Source: an uncultured Actinomycetota bacterium
GTDB taxonomy: Bacteria > Actinomycetota > Actinomycetes > CAVWCF01
Length of the DNA: 64,000 bases
NCBI GenBank assembly: GCA_963753435.1
Contig: CAVWCF010000005.1
Location: 128,001 to 192,000, forward strand
Direction of reading: 5' to 3'
Made by a program: the position numbers and the translations under genes. Numbering within the stretch: the stretch's first letter is position 1; every line of letters begins with the position of its first letter. Shown piece by piece: positions 38,640 through 47,768 of this stretch. The notes under the pieces are model-generated. The model made no database searches. It worked only from the letters and a program-made list of their open reading frames with translations, and had not been told where the DNA came from.

Positions 38640-39266
38640 GTGGCTGATCATCGAATGACATGCCCGCGGTGCGGCGCGGAACTCGCCGCACCGGGGGTCT
38701 GGTCCAACGAATACCAGTGCGTCGAGCACGGTGCCGTGGTTCCAGTCCGAGCGCCGGCGCACCAGACCCCCGAAGCGCTCTGGGCCGCCGTCGGCGACAG
38801 TGGCGTTCCGGTGTGGGCCCCATGGCCGCTTCCGCCCGGCTGGTTGATAACTGGCATTCGGCTGGCCGGTGATTCTCGCGAGGCGGCGCACGCCGCAGTC
38901 CTGGCCGCCAGTGGTCCGGCTCCTTTGGGCGGGGCGGCGGATCTGCTGCTGGTATCGGAGGAACCGGGAGTGGGCTGGGGTGCGCGCCTGGCCGGTGTCG
39001 CCGGCCTGGACCCGGGGGCCGGCCTCGCGGACCGCCCAGCGGCCACGAAGGTCGCCATCGATGGACACGAGTGTGCGATGTGGGAGGTGGACGGGCCCCA
39101 GGAACGCTCGGTCTATGTCGGCGAAGCCGACGCGCGATGGCTATGGGCGATCAGCTGGCCGCAAACGTCCGGGCTGCTCCTGCACGACCATCTGCAGTTG
39201 ATGGACTTGCGCGGTACGGACTTCGATCTTCCGGTGGGAGCCATCTCACCGCGCCTCGCGGACTAG
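38640..39266 (+). CDS. DUF6758-like protein with N-terminal CxxC...CxxH motif
   Basis: CPRCG...CVEHG, WAPWPLPPGW, SGPAPLGG, EEPGVG, YVGEA; upstream of PHP gene. Confidence 0.78.
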   Translation: MADHRMTCPRCGAELAAPGVWSNEYQCVEHGAVVPVRAPAHQTPEALWAAVGDSGVPVWAPWPLPPGWLITGIRLAGDSREAAHAAVLAASGPAPLGGAADLLLVSEEPGVGWGARLAGVAGLDPGAGLADRPAATKVAIDGHECAMWEVDGPQERSVYVGEADARWLWAISWPQTSGLLLHDHLQLMDLRGTDFDLPVGAISPRLAD

Positions 39267-39311
39267 GTGCTCGCAGCGGCTCAAGTCCCACCCCCGACCT
39301 AGGCTCGCGGC

Positions 39312-40229
39312 ATGCGCGCGGACCTGCACACGCACTCCACGGCGTCAGACGGCACCACGCCGCCCGGCGAACTGCCGGCGCTTGCTGCCGCCGCGGGGCT
39401 GGACCTGATCGCCCTGACCGACCACGACGGCTACGGCGGCATCGCGGCAGCTGACGAGGCCGCACGGCAGGCCGGGGTGCGGTTGCTGCCCGGGGCGGAG
39501 TTGTCGTGCGCATCCGGCGCAGGCGTCCGGCTGCATCTGCTCGCCTACGGCGCCGATCCTCTTGACCCCTGGTTGGCCGAACACGTGGCGGCGGTCCGCA
39601 ACGACCGGATCCCGCGAGCGCATCGGATCGTCGACCGGATGCGTGCCGCTGGCCTCCCGATCACCTGGGACGAGGTCGCCGCAGCAGCCGGCGCCAACGC
39701 CAGCATCGGTCGCCCCCATTTGGCTGCGGTCCTGGTGGCCAACGGCGCAGCGGCCGACATTGCGGATGCCTTCAACCGGTTCCTGGCCGATGACGCGCCG
39801 TACTACGCCGGTCATCTGACGCTCGACGCGACCGCGGCGGTCGGCGCAGTCCGCGCCGCGGGCGGGGTACCGGTACTGGCCCACGCACGTGCCAAGCGCG
39901 GCCCGCAACTTAGCGAGGACGAGATCGTTGGCCTGGCCGACGCCGGTCTCCTCGGTCTGGAAGTGGACCATCCCGACCACGACGAAGCCGACCGGGCCCG
40001 GCTGCACGTTCTCGCCGAACGCCTGGGCTTGTTGACGACTGGCAGCAGCGACTTCCACGGTGCGCATAAGGAAGGTTTGGCGCTCGGTGCCAACACCACT
40101 GACCCGGGGCAACTGGCTGCGCTCTTGGACCAGATCTCCGGCGCCCCACTGCTTGGCTACGGATCGCCGCCGGACGCCGCTGCTGCTTTCCGGGATCCGC
40201 GGGCGCCAGGTGTCGGGGCCGCTGACTGA
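39312..40229 (+). CDS. PHP domain phosphoesterase (TrpH/YciV-like)
   Basis: DLHTHSTASDG, ALTDHD, GAELS, GRPH, LAH, TGSSDFHG. Confidence 0.93.
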   Translation: MRADLHTHSTASDGTTPPGELPALAAAAGLDLIALTDHDGYGGIAAADEAARQAGVRLLPGAELSCASGAGVRLHLLAYGADPLDPWLAEHVAAVRNDRIPRAHRIVDRMRAAGLPITWDEVAAAAGANASIGRPHLAAVLVANGAAADIADAFNRFLADDAPYYAGHLTLDATAAVGAVRAAGGVPVLAHARAKRGPQLSEDEIVGLADAGLLGLEVDHPDHDEADRARLHVLAERLGLLTTGSSDFHGAHKEGLALGANTTDPGQLAALLDQISGAPLLGYGSPPDAAAAFRDPRAPGVGAAD

Positions 40230-41092
40230 TGAGTCTGCAAGAGCCGGGGTCTGGATCGGACGGGACCGCACAGCGGTCGGATCCGACGATGCTGCCTGGG
40301 ATGCCCAAGCGGCTACTGAAGGTGACGCCGGCCGCTACGGACGCTTGGTTGACCTGTCCGCGCAAGTACCGGTTCCGCTATGTCGACCGGCCGGCTCCGG
40401 CTCCCGGGCCGGGCTGGGCGCACCAAACGGTCGGGGCGGCGGTGCACAACGCGCTGCTGCACTACTACGAACAGGAACCGGCGGATCGCAACCCCGACCA
40501 GATCGAGCAGTTCATCGCTGCTGCCTGGAGTGACGTCGGCTTCCGGGACTCCGAGCAGAGCGAGCAGCACCGCGGGCGCGCAACCCAATGGACCCGGGGC
40601 TACCTGGCCACCCAGGAACCGGAGTTGCGGCCCCTGGCGTTGGAGCGGACCGTTTCGTGCAAAGACGATCGCGCCGTCTACAGCGGCCGCGTGGACCGCA
40701 TTGATCTGCGCGACGACGAGTTGGTGATCGTGGACTACAAGACCGGGCGCAAGCCGCCGACGGACGCCGAGGCCAGGTCCAGCCCCGCGCTGGCGCTGTA
40801 CCTGGTGGCAGCACGGGAGACCCTTCGCTGTCCCGGGGTCCGCGTGGAGTTGCACCACGTACCGACGGGAACGGTTGCGACGGCGACGCACTCCGCACAG
40901 TCGCTGACACGGCATCGGGACCGCCTGGTGGACCTCGCCGCGGAGGCCGCTGCCGCCAGCGTCGACTCGACGGATGGGTTTCCGCCAAACCCCGGCCCGA
41001 TGTGCGGATGGTGCGACTTCTACGCCCACTGCGCCGAGGGTCGGCGGGCGGTTCCGGACCGACCGGTTTCGTGGGCTGGTCTCGCGGACTAG
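40229..41092 (+). CDS. Stand-alone RecB-family PD-(D/E)XK nuclease with 4 Cys (probable Fe-S)
   Basis: TCPRKY, GAAVHNAL, GRVDRID, IVDYKTG, LALY, CGWCDFYAHC; start could be about 20 codons later. Confidence 0.88.
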   Translation: MSLQEPGSGSDGTAQRSDPTMLPGMPKRLLKVTPAATDAWLTCPRKYRFRYVDRPAPAPGPGWAHQTVGAAVHNALLHYYEQEPADRNPDQIEQFIAAAWSDVGFRDSEQSEQHRGRATQWTRGYLATQEPELRPLALERTVSCKDDRAVYSGRVDRIDLRDDELVIVDYKTGRKPPTDAEARSSPALALYLVAARETLRCPGVRVELHHVPTGTVATATHSAQSLTRHRDRLVDLAAEAAAASVDSTDGFPPNPGPMCGWCDFYAHCAEGRRAVPDRPVSWAGLAD

Positions 41093-41128
41093 TTGCCTGC
41101 GTCCACGGCTGAGAGCCGAGTTCAGCGG

Positions 41129-42019
41129 CTAGGGCTTGGCCACCGAGTGCAGGAAGGCAAGCAGCGCTGTGGCGGTCGCGGTCGGGTTCTCCGCGGCAGG
41201 GGAGTGACCGGCGTCTGGCACCGACACGGCCACGACGCCTAGCCGGGCGGCCATCTCGGCCTGCACCGGCGCTGGCCAGGCGTCCTCGTCCACTCCGTGG
41301 ATCACTGCGAGCGGGATCCCAGTGGCCAGCAACGATTCCGTTCGGTCGGGGGCGGCCAGCAACGCCTGAGCGCAACCGGCGTGATGAGCGGCACGGGTCG
41401 TCAACCAGCGCCGGCGCTGAAACGCCGCAGTCTGAGAATCCGGCGGCGGCCAGGTGCCCTCTGCCTTGCGGACTTCGACCACCAACTCCCACGACTGCTG
41501 CGGCGTAAGGCTCATCGCCGAGTCCGCCAACGCCTGGGTCAGGTCGCGGCGCCGGCCCGGCGGCAGCGCGCTCGGACCGGAGTCCAGCAGGGTCAGGGAC
41601 GCCACTGGCGGATCCGCGCCGAGCCTGCTGGTCACGGCCTCCTTGGCCACGAGGCCGCCGAAGGAGTGGCCCACCAGGTGAATTGGCTGCGGCAGTGTCG
41701 CGATCACATCCGTGAGGTCGGCCGCCAACGCCGCGAGGGTGTAGTCGGCGGGGTCGTCGGTGCCATCTGACTCCTGTTGCCCGAACAGGTCGATCGCGAC
41801 AGCGCGCCATCCAGCAGCAGCCAGCGTGGGCAGCACCGGCGCGAAGTCCTCCTTGCCCCCGGTCAGTCCGGGGACCAGCAGAACGGCGGAGTCCGGGTCG
41901 GCTTGGCCAGCAGGAACCGGCTCGGCCGTCAGTGCGGCGAGTTGGCCACGTCGGGTCGTGAGGCGAATAGCAGTCGCGGAGGTGCGGCTCGCGCCTGCCG
42001 CGGGGTCTGTTGCTGGCAC
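41129..42019 (-). CDS. Alpha/beta hydrolase
   Basis: VPGLTGGKEDF, VGHSFGG, HGVDED, AGHSPAAE. Confidence 0.9.
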   Translation of the reverse strand: MPATDPAAGASRTSATAIRLTTRRGQLAALTAEPVPAGQADPDSAVLLVPGLTGGKEDFAPVLPTLAAAGWRAVAIDLFGQQESDGTDDPADYTLAALAADLTDVIATLPQPIHLVGHSFGGLVAKEAVTSRLGADPPVASLTLLDSGPSALPPGRRRDLTQALADSAMSLTPQQSWELVVEVRKAEGTWPPPDSQTAAFQRRRWLTTRAAHHAGCAQALLAAPDRTESLLATGIPLAVIHGVDEDAWPAPVQAEMAARLGVVAVSVPDAGHSPAAENPTATATALLAFLHSVAKP

Positions 42020-42111
42020 CTGGCAGAGGCTAGGGTCAGCCCTACTTCCTCACGCGCCGCCCCTTCCCCTTGCACCATCGCCGTAATGACGTTCGACGCT
42101 TCGGAGTGCTC

Positions 42112-42900
42112 GTGTCTCACATAGTCGCCGTCGCCAATCAGAAGGGCGGCGTGGCCAAGACCACCACGGTCGCGTCTATCGGCGCTGCGCTGTCGGAGTC
42201 CGGCGTCCGTGTGCTGTTGGTGGACCTGGATCCACAGGCCTGTTTGACGTTCTCGCTGGGTATCGACCCTGATGACATTCCGCTTTCAGTCCACGATGTG
42301 CTGCTCGGGCGGGTTGGCATTCGGCTGCCGATCGTGTCGACTCAGGACGGACCAGACCTCTTGCCGGCCACGATCGATCTCGCAGGTACCGAGGTCATGC
42401 TCAACACCCGAGCCGGTCGCGAGTTGGTGCTGAAGCAGGAGCTGGCGGAGTTGTCGGACTCCTACGACGTCATCCTCCTGGACTGTTCACCGTCGCTGGG
42501 GGTGCTCACCCTGAACGCGCTGGCCGCGGCCGATGAGGTGATCGTGCCGTTGCAGTGCGAGACGTTGAGCCATCGCGGTGTCGGGCAGTTGCTGGACACC
42601 ATCGGCGAGGTGCGCCGGGTCCTCAACCCCGGGTTGGACCTGCACGGGGTGCTGCCGACGATGTTCGACAGCCGAACCACGCACGCCAACGCGGTGTTGG
42701 GCGATGTTTCCGAGCGATACAACGTGGCGGTCTTGATGCCGCCCATCGCGCGCAGCATCCGCTTTGCCGAGGCCCCGGCGGTGGGCCGGTCGGTGCTGAG
42801 TACCGCCAAGGGCACGCCCGGCGCGCACGCCTATCGAGAGCATGCCGCCGCGCTGGCGATTCGCGCGGGAATTCGTCCCCGTTTGGTCGTGGGCGAATGA
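42112..42900 (+). CDS. Orphan ParA/Soj family ATPase
   Basis: NQKGGVAKTT, DLDPQ, LDCSPSLG, PTMFDSRT, RSIRFAEAP. Confidence 0.93.
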   Translation: MSHIVAVANQKGGVAKTTTVASIGAALSESGVRVLLVDLDPQACLTFSLGIDPDDIPLSVHDVLLGRVGIRLPIVSTQDGPDLLPATIDLAGTEVMLNTRAGRELVLKQELAELSDSYDVILLDCSPSLGVLTLNALAAADEVIVPLQCETLSHRGVGQLLDTIGEVRRVLNPGLDLHGVLPTMFDSRTTHANAVLGDVSERYNVAVLMPPIARSIRFAEAPAVGRSVLSTAKGTPGAHAYREHAAALAIRAGIRPRLVVGE

Positions 42901-43232
42901 GCAGCAAGCAGAGCTTCGACCGATTGCGCAAACGCGACGCGTGGGCGCAGACCACCGATGAGGTGTCCACCCGCCGTTCCGACCCCGCCGGCAAGCAGGC
43001 CCTCTACTCGGTCAATCGCGCCCAGGGGGACCAGGTCCGCAACGGCGCTGGACCGCGGCTGGACATCAGTTGCTCCGAGTGCGGCGTGACGTCCGCGGTC
43101 GATCCGCTGTCGGCGATCGGCCTGTTGATCCCGTCGCTGCACCTGCCTGTCATCAAGCGGGGCGCGGCCAGTTGGATGAAGTGCCCGGCGTGCCGCAGCC
43201 GGACCTGGGTAAGCCTGTCCGTGCACATCTGA
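42897..43232 (+). CDS. Small putative Zn-ribbon protein (CxxC...CxxC)
   Basis: ATGA overlap with parA; CSECG and CPACR; 111 aa. Confidence 0.78.
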   Translation: MSSKQSFDRLRKRDAWAQTTDEVSTRRSDPAGKQALYSVNRAQGDQVRNGAGPRLDISCSECGVTSAVDPLSAIGLLIPSLHLPVIKRGAASWMKCPACRSRTWVSLSVHI

Positions 43233-43325
43233 CGTCCCCGACGCTGGCTGCGAACAGAGCCGCTTCGAACACGTGTCCGGACGCCGGTCACGGTCTGGTC
43301 AAGGACTGCGGACACGCCTGCGTCG

Positions 43326-43976
43326 GTGCTTGATCAACTGCACCGCGACCGAGAACCTGTGCCACGCTCCTCGGGCCGACCGGCCCGCTTCCCCAGGAGG
43401 CTTGGCTTGTCGTTCTTGGCACTGGCTGTTCCAGCCCGGGCGCTTATCCCGATCGCGTTGCTCTTGGCCTTCGTCGGCGGCATCGCCCTCGGCGGGCTCG
43501 GCCGAACCGTGGCCTCGGCCGACAGCGGGATGCCGACCTGGGACGAGGTGGTCCCGACCGCTCAGCGCAATCTGGGTGTCAGCCCTGCGGCGCTGCACGT
43601 CAGTCCGGTCGCCGCCGAGGTCCAGTCCAGCGGCGCACCGCTGCCGGAAGACTCCGGGGCGGGGCGACGGATCGTGGTCGCGGCGTCCGCTGATCACGTC
43701 TGGCTGGTTAACGCAGACGGGTCCGTGGCCGCTGACCTGCCGGCCTCGGGAACTCCCGATTGCCTGCCCGGCGGCACCAGCACCGTGATTTCCTCCGCAC
43801 CGGCAGCCCGGATCGGGGCGGCCGGTGAGGTCTCTTGGTTGGTGCGAGTGGGCGTCAGCGGCGAGGGGTTTCACTCAGCGGTAGCCGGCGGTGGATGCAT
43901 CGGGCTGGCCGAAGACCATGCCCGAGCCGTGTACGAATGGGCGTCCCCAGGGACCGCTGTCGTAGCGCTGGCCTAG
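43326..43976 (+). CDS. Membrane-anchored L,D-transpeptidase (YkuD)-like protein, degenerate
   Basis: TM segment; SGAGRRIVV...HVWLV, GFH...GCIGL...VYEWASPGTAVV. Confidence 0.65.
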   Translation: MLDQLHRDREPVPRSSGRPARFPRRLGLSFLALAVPARALIPIALLLAFVGGIALGGLGRTVASADSGMPTWDEVVPTAQRNLGVSPAALHVSPVAAEVQSSGAPLPEDSGAGRRIVVAASADHVWLVNADGSVAADLPASGTPDCLPGGTSTVISSAPAARIGAAGEVSWLVRVGVSGEGFHSAVAGGGCIGLAEDHARAVYEWASPGTAVVALA

Positions 43977-45514
43977 TCGGCCTGCGTGCCACCCTGGCTG
44001 CCGCCGGAGCGACGACGTCGGCGCCGTCGGCGGGGCTGACCGGCCTCGGACTTGGGTTCGCTCCCGGTCGAACTGGATGCGCCCGCGGCCTCTTCGCTAC
44101 CACGGTGGCTGGAACGCTGCCGGGATCGGTTCGGCCCGCTGCCGTGACCGCTCTCGTGGTGACGGTGTTCGCCCTTCTTGCGCGAGCCCCCGGACCCGCT
44201 GGATTTGCGGGTTTCGGCGGACTTGCCGGTCTTCTTGCCGGTTTCCCCGACGTCCTCAAGGGTTTCCGCAGCCAGTCCCTCGCGCACCCGGCGGTCGCGG
44301 GGCAGCTTGCCCTTGGCGCCCTCCGGGATACGTAGCGCCGCATACAACTCCGGCGAGTTGGAGTACATCTCCGGCGGATCGGCCAGTTCCAGCTCCAGCG
44401 CCTTGTTGATGAGGTTCCACTTGGGCACGTCATCCCAGTCGATGAAGGTGACTGCGATTCCGGACTTGCCGGCTCGGCCGGTGCGGCCGATGCGGTGCAC
44501 GTAGGTGGCGTCGTCGTCGGGGCACTGGTAGTTGATCACGTGGGTCACGTCGTCGACGTCCAGGCCACGGGCGGCAACGTCGGTGGCGACCAGCACGTCG
44601 ATCTTGCCGCTGCGGAAGGCACGCAACGCCCGCTCGCGTGAACCCTGGCCCAGGTCACCGTGGACTGCGGCCGCGGCGAATCCACGGTCCTCCAACTCCT
44701 GGGCGACCTTGTCGCATGTTCGCTTGGTTCGGCAGAAGACGATGGTCAGGCCTCGTCCGTCCGCCTGCAGGATCCGCGCAAGCATCTCGATCTTGTCCAT
44801 CGCGTGGGCGCGGAAAGCGTGCTGCTCGGTGGTCTTGACCGTGGCGCCGTAGTCGGCGGGGTCGTGCGCGCGGATGTGCACCGGCTTGGTCAGGTAATGC
44901 CGCGCCAGGCCGAGTACCTGCGACGGCATGGTGGCGCTGAAGAGCAGCGTCTGCCGGGTCAGCGGAGTCTGGGAGATCAGCTTCTCCACGTCGGGCAGGA
45001 AGCCCAGGTCGAGCATCTCGTCGGCCTCATCCAGCACCAGCACTCGGATGTGCGACAGATCCAGGTGGCCTTGGGCGCACAGATCGAGCAGTCGCCCTGG
45101 CGTGCCGACGACGACCTCGACACCGGTTGTCAGCGCCTTGACCTGCGGCTCGTAGGCCCGCCCGCCGTACACGGTGGTGACGCGGACGAAGCGCTTGGCG
45201 CCGGCCTCGGCGATGTCTTCGGCTACCTGCATCGCCAACTCGCGGGTGGGGCAGACCACCAGCGCCTGAGGCTTGCCGGTGGCCGCACCCATGCTGTCGT
45301 GGTCGGGATCCGACGGCGCGACGATCCGCTGCAGAATCGGGACACCGAACGCCAGGGTCTTTCCGGTGCCGGTCTTTGCCTGGCCGATTACGTCGGTGCC
45401 GGCGAGGCCGAGCGGGATGGTCTGCTCTTGGATTGGGAAGGGTGTGGTGATGCCCTTCTCGGTGAGCGCCTCAACGGTTGCGGGCAGGACTCCGAGTTCA
45501 CTGAAACTGGACAA
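43973..45514 (-). CDS. DEAD-box RNA helicase
   Basis: PFPIQ, AKTGTGKT, PTRELA, GTPGR, DEAD, SAT, ARGLD, HRIGRTGR; basic C-terminal tail; start set at TTG 45514. Confidence 0.95.
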   Translation of the reverse strand: MSSFSELGVLPATVEALTEKGITTPFPIQEQTIPLGLAGTDVIGQAKTGTGKTLAFGVPILQRIVAPSDPDHDSMGAATGKPQALVVCPTRELAMQVAEDIAEAGAKRFVRVTTVYGGRAYEPQVKALTTGVEVVVGTPGRLLDLCAQGHLDLSHIRVLVLDEADEMLDLGFLPDVEKLISQTPLTRQTLLFSATMPSQVLGLARHYLTKPVHIRAHDPADYGATVKTTEQHAFRAHAMDKIEMLARILQADGRGLTIVFCRTKRTCDKVAQELEDRGFAAAAVHGDLGQGSRERALRAFRSGKIDVLVATDVAARGLDVDDVTHVINYQCPDDDATYVHRIGRTGRAGKSGIAVTFIDWDDVPKWNLINKALELELADPPEMYSNSPELYAALRIPEGAKGKLPRDRRVREGLAAETLEDVGETGKKTGKSAETRKSSGSGGSRKKGEHRHHESGHGSGPNRSRQRSSHRGSEEAAGASSSTGSEPKSEAGQPRRRRRRRRSGGSQGGTQAD

Positions 45515-45742
45515 TTGGTGCCTTCGTTCAGGCGCGAGTGCGCCCGGACTCCGGCGCAACTGATGCAATAACAGCCGCGCGGGTCACACGAGGACTCGCG
45601 ACAATTCCGTGTTCCACCCCGGATGGGGTGACGACAGCCTACCGGTCATACCTCGATTCCTTGGCCCGAGGCGCCTGCCGCGGTTCTTGTTTCGGCGGCT
45701 CGTCCGGCTGACACTCCGGTCTCGACCTCTACGATTCGGCCA

Positions 45743-46417
45743 ATGAACGCTCCCCAGCCGGACCGGACTGACGCGGTCGTCGACCTGCTCGGTGTGCTCG
45801 CCTACGGCGAGTTGAGCGCATTCGACCGCCTTGCGCGGGATGCGGAGTTGGCGCCCACGTTGGCCGACCGCTCGGCGTTGTCAGCGATGGCCACCGCTGA
45901 GTTCCACCACCACGAGCAGTTGATCGAACGCCTGCGCGAGCTGGGCGTGGACCCGTTTGCGGCGATGGAGCCGTTCGTCAGCACCTTCGATTCCTTTCAC
46001 GAGTCCACCGCCCCCAGCGGCTGGTTGGAGAGCGTCGTCAAGGCGTACGTGGGCGACGGGATCGGCACCGACTTCTACCGCGCGGTCGCGGAGTACCTGG
46101 ACCCGCGGACCCGCGACCTGGTTCTGGAGGTGTGTGCCGACACCGGCCACGCCGACTTCGCCGTCGACCGGGTGCGGGCGGCAATCGCGAAGGACCCGGC
46201 GGTCGCCGGTCGGCTCGCGCTCTGGGGCCGTCGACTGGTTGGGGAGATGCTCAGCCAGGCCCAGCGGGTAGCGGTAGAGCGCGACGCATTGGCCGATCTG
46301 CTGGTTGGCGGCGGTGGCGATGGATCCGGGATGGACCTGGCCGCGCTGACGAAGATGTTCGGCGAGCTGACCGAAAGGCACGCGGCCAGGATGAAGGCGC
46401 TGGGCCTGTCCGCGTAG
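45743..46417 (+). CDS. Ferritin-like fold protein (MiaE-like)
   Basis: LAYGELSAF, AEFHH, DFYR, RLALWGRRLVGE; divergent from DEAD helicase as in other actinobacteria. Confidence 0.88.
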   Translation: MNAPQPDRTDAVVDLLGVLAYGELSAFDRLARDAELAPTLADRSALSAMATAEFHHHEQLIERLRELGVDPFAAMEPFVSTFDSFHESTAPSGWLESVVKAYVGDGIGTDFYRAVAEYLDPRTRDLVLEVCADTGHADFAVDRVRAAIAKDPAVAGRLALWGRRLVGEMLSQAQRVAVERDALADLLVGGGGDGSGMDLAALTKMFGELTERHAARMKALGLSA

Positions 46418-46426
46418 GTTCCGCCT

Positions 46427-47404
46427 ATGGCATGGGTGGTGACCGGCGGTGCCGGGTACATCGGATCTCATGTTGCTGCGGCGCTGCTGGACGCAGGGCA
46501 CCGCGTGGTCGTACTCGATGACCTGTCCAGCGGTCACGAGGTATTCGTCCCGCAATCGGCAGACTTCGTACGAGGTTCCATCCTGGACAACCAGGCCGTT
46601 CTCACGGCGCTGTCGACAGCGACTGGCCCGGAGTCCGGAGTAATCCACCTGGCCGCCACCAAGTACGCCGGGGTATCCGTGCGTGAGCCCTTGCGGACCT
46701 ATCAGATCAACGTCGAGGGGACGCGTTCGCTGCTTGCGGCATGCGAGGCAGTCGGGATCCGGAATTTCGTGTTCTCCTCGTCCGCGTCCGTCTACGGATC
46801 GGGCGCCGTTGACACGGTGATCGAGGCTGCACCGCTCAGGCCCGAGTCCCCCTATGGAGAAACCAAGCTCATCGGGGAGTGGCTGACGCGCGACGTTTCG
46901 AGGGCGCTAGCGCTATCCGGTTCTGCAACTCCGATGGCTCACGTCGCCTTGCGGTATTTCAACGTTGTGGGCAGTGGTCTATCCGGAGTCCGGGATGTCT
47001 CCCCACACAACTTGTTCCCGCTGGCGATCGCTGCGCTGGTCCGCGGCGAGGCGCCGAGCATCCACGGCACGGACTACGACACGCCGGATGGAACCTGTGT
47101 TCGTGACTACATCCATGTTTCGGACGTTGCCGAAGCGCATTTGGCCGCTGCTACTGCGCTCGTAGAGGGCCGTGAACTGCCCGGAGCCTTGAACTTGGGT
47201 CGCGGGGAGGGCTACTCGGTGAGGCAGGTTCTTGATGCGTTGATCGCTGAGTCCGGGCTGGCCCTCTCTGCCACCGAGGGCCCGCGCAGGGCTGGCGATC
47301 CCGACAGGATCGTGGCCGATCCCACGGCGGCTCAGGCGACGCTGGGTTGGCGGGCGGAGCGCGATCTGCAGGAGATGGTGCGATCCGCCTGGGCCGCGCG
47401 CTGA
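46427..47404 (+). CDS. galE: UDP-glucose 4-epimerase
   Basis: TGGAGYIGSH, FSSSA, YGETK, LRYFNV, DGTCVRDYIHV, RRAGDP. Confidence 0.92.
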   Translation: MAWVVTGGAGYIGSHVAAALLDAGHRVVVLDDLSSGHEVFVPQSADFVRGSILDNQAVLTALSTATGPESGVIHLAATKYAGVSVREPLRTYQINVEGTRSLLAACEAVGIRNFVFSSSASVYGSGAVDTVIEAAPLRPESPYGETKLIGEWLTRDVSRALALSGSATPMAHVALRYFNVVGSGLSGVRDVSPHNLFPLAIAALVRGEAPSIHGTDYDTPDGTCVRDYIHVSDVAEAHLAAATALVEGRELPGALNLGRGEGYSVRQVLDALIAESGLALSATEGPRRAGDPDRIVADPTAAQATLGWRAERDLQEMVRSAWAAR

Positions 47405-47421
47405 CCACCCGCTAATCGCCG

Positions 47422-47646
47422 TCAGGCAGTGGCGAAACCAACACGGCGTTGCGCAGCCTCGCCCATTTCGACGAAGGCGACCTTGGCCGCGGGGACCGCG
47501 ATCTGTCGGCCCTTGGCGTCGGTGAGCACGAAGACGCCTCCGGTGCTGACCGATTCGCGCAGTGCCTCCATCACCTCATCCGCCGACGCATCGGTGTCGA
47601 CAACCAGGTCCCGAGGGGTGCCCTCGACTCCGACTTTGACCTCCAC
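47422..47646 (-). CDS. DUF3107 family protein
   Basis: VEVKVGV...PRDL...LTDAKGR...AFVEMG...RRVGF; AGGAG RBS. Confidence 0.9.
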   Translation of the reverse strand: MEVKVGVEGTPRDLVVDTDASADEVMEALRESVSTGGVFVLTDAKGRQIAVPAAKVAFVEMGEAAQRRVGFATA

Positions 47647-47768
47647 GTGGACTCCTTCTCCGATTGGGGCAAACCTAACCGGCGGGCGTTGTTGTCGCCG
47701 CGCCTGCTCGCTGGCGGCGTAACTTCGGGGCCGGCTAGGCGGCAGTTGGGGGCTTAGCCGTGGGGTGA

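Noticed and set aside
40229-41092. Cas4-like nuclease as sign of a CRISPR-Cas locus
   Set aside because: No repeat-spacer array or other cas genes seen in the window
45515-45742. Riboswitch or ncRNA in the DEAD-helicase leader
   Set aside because: Only a short CACCCC-GGAT-GGGGTG hairpin seen; no recognisable family without an Rfam scan
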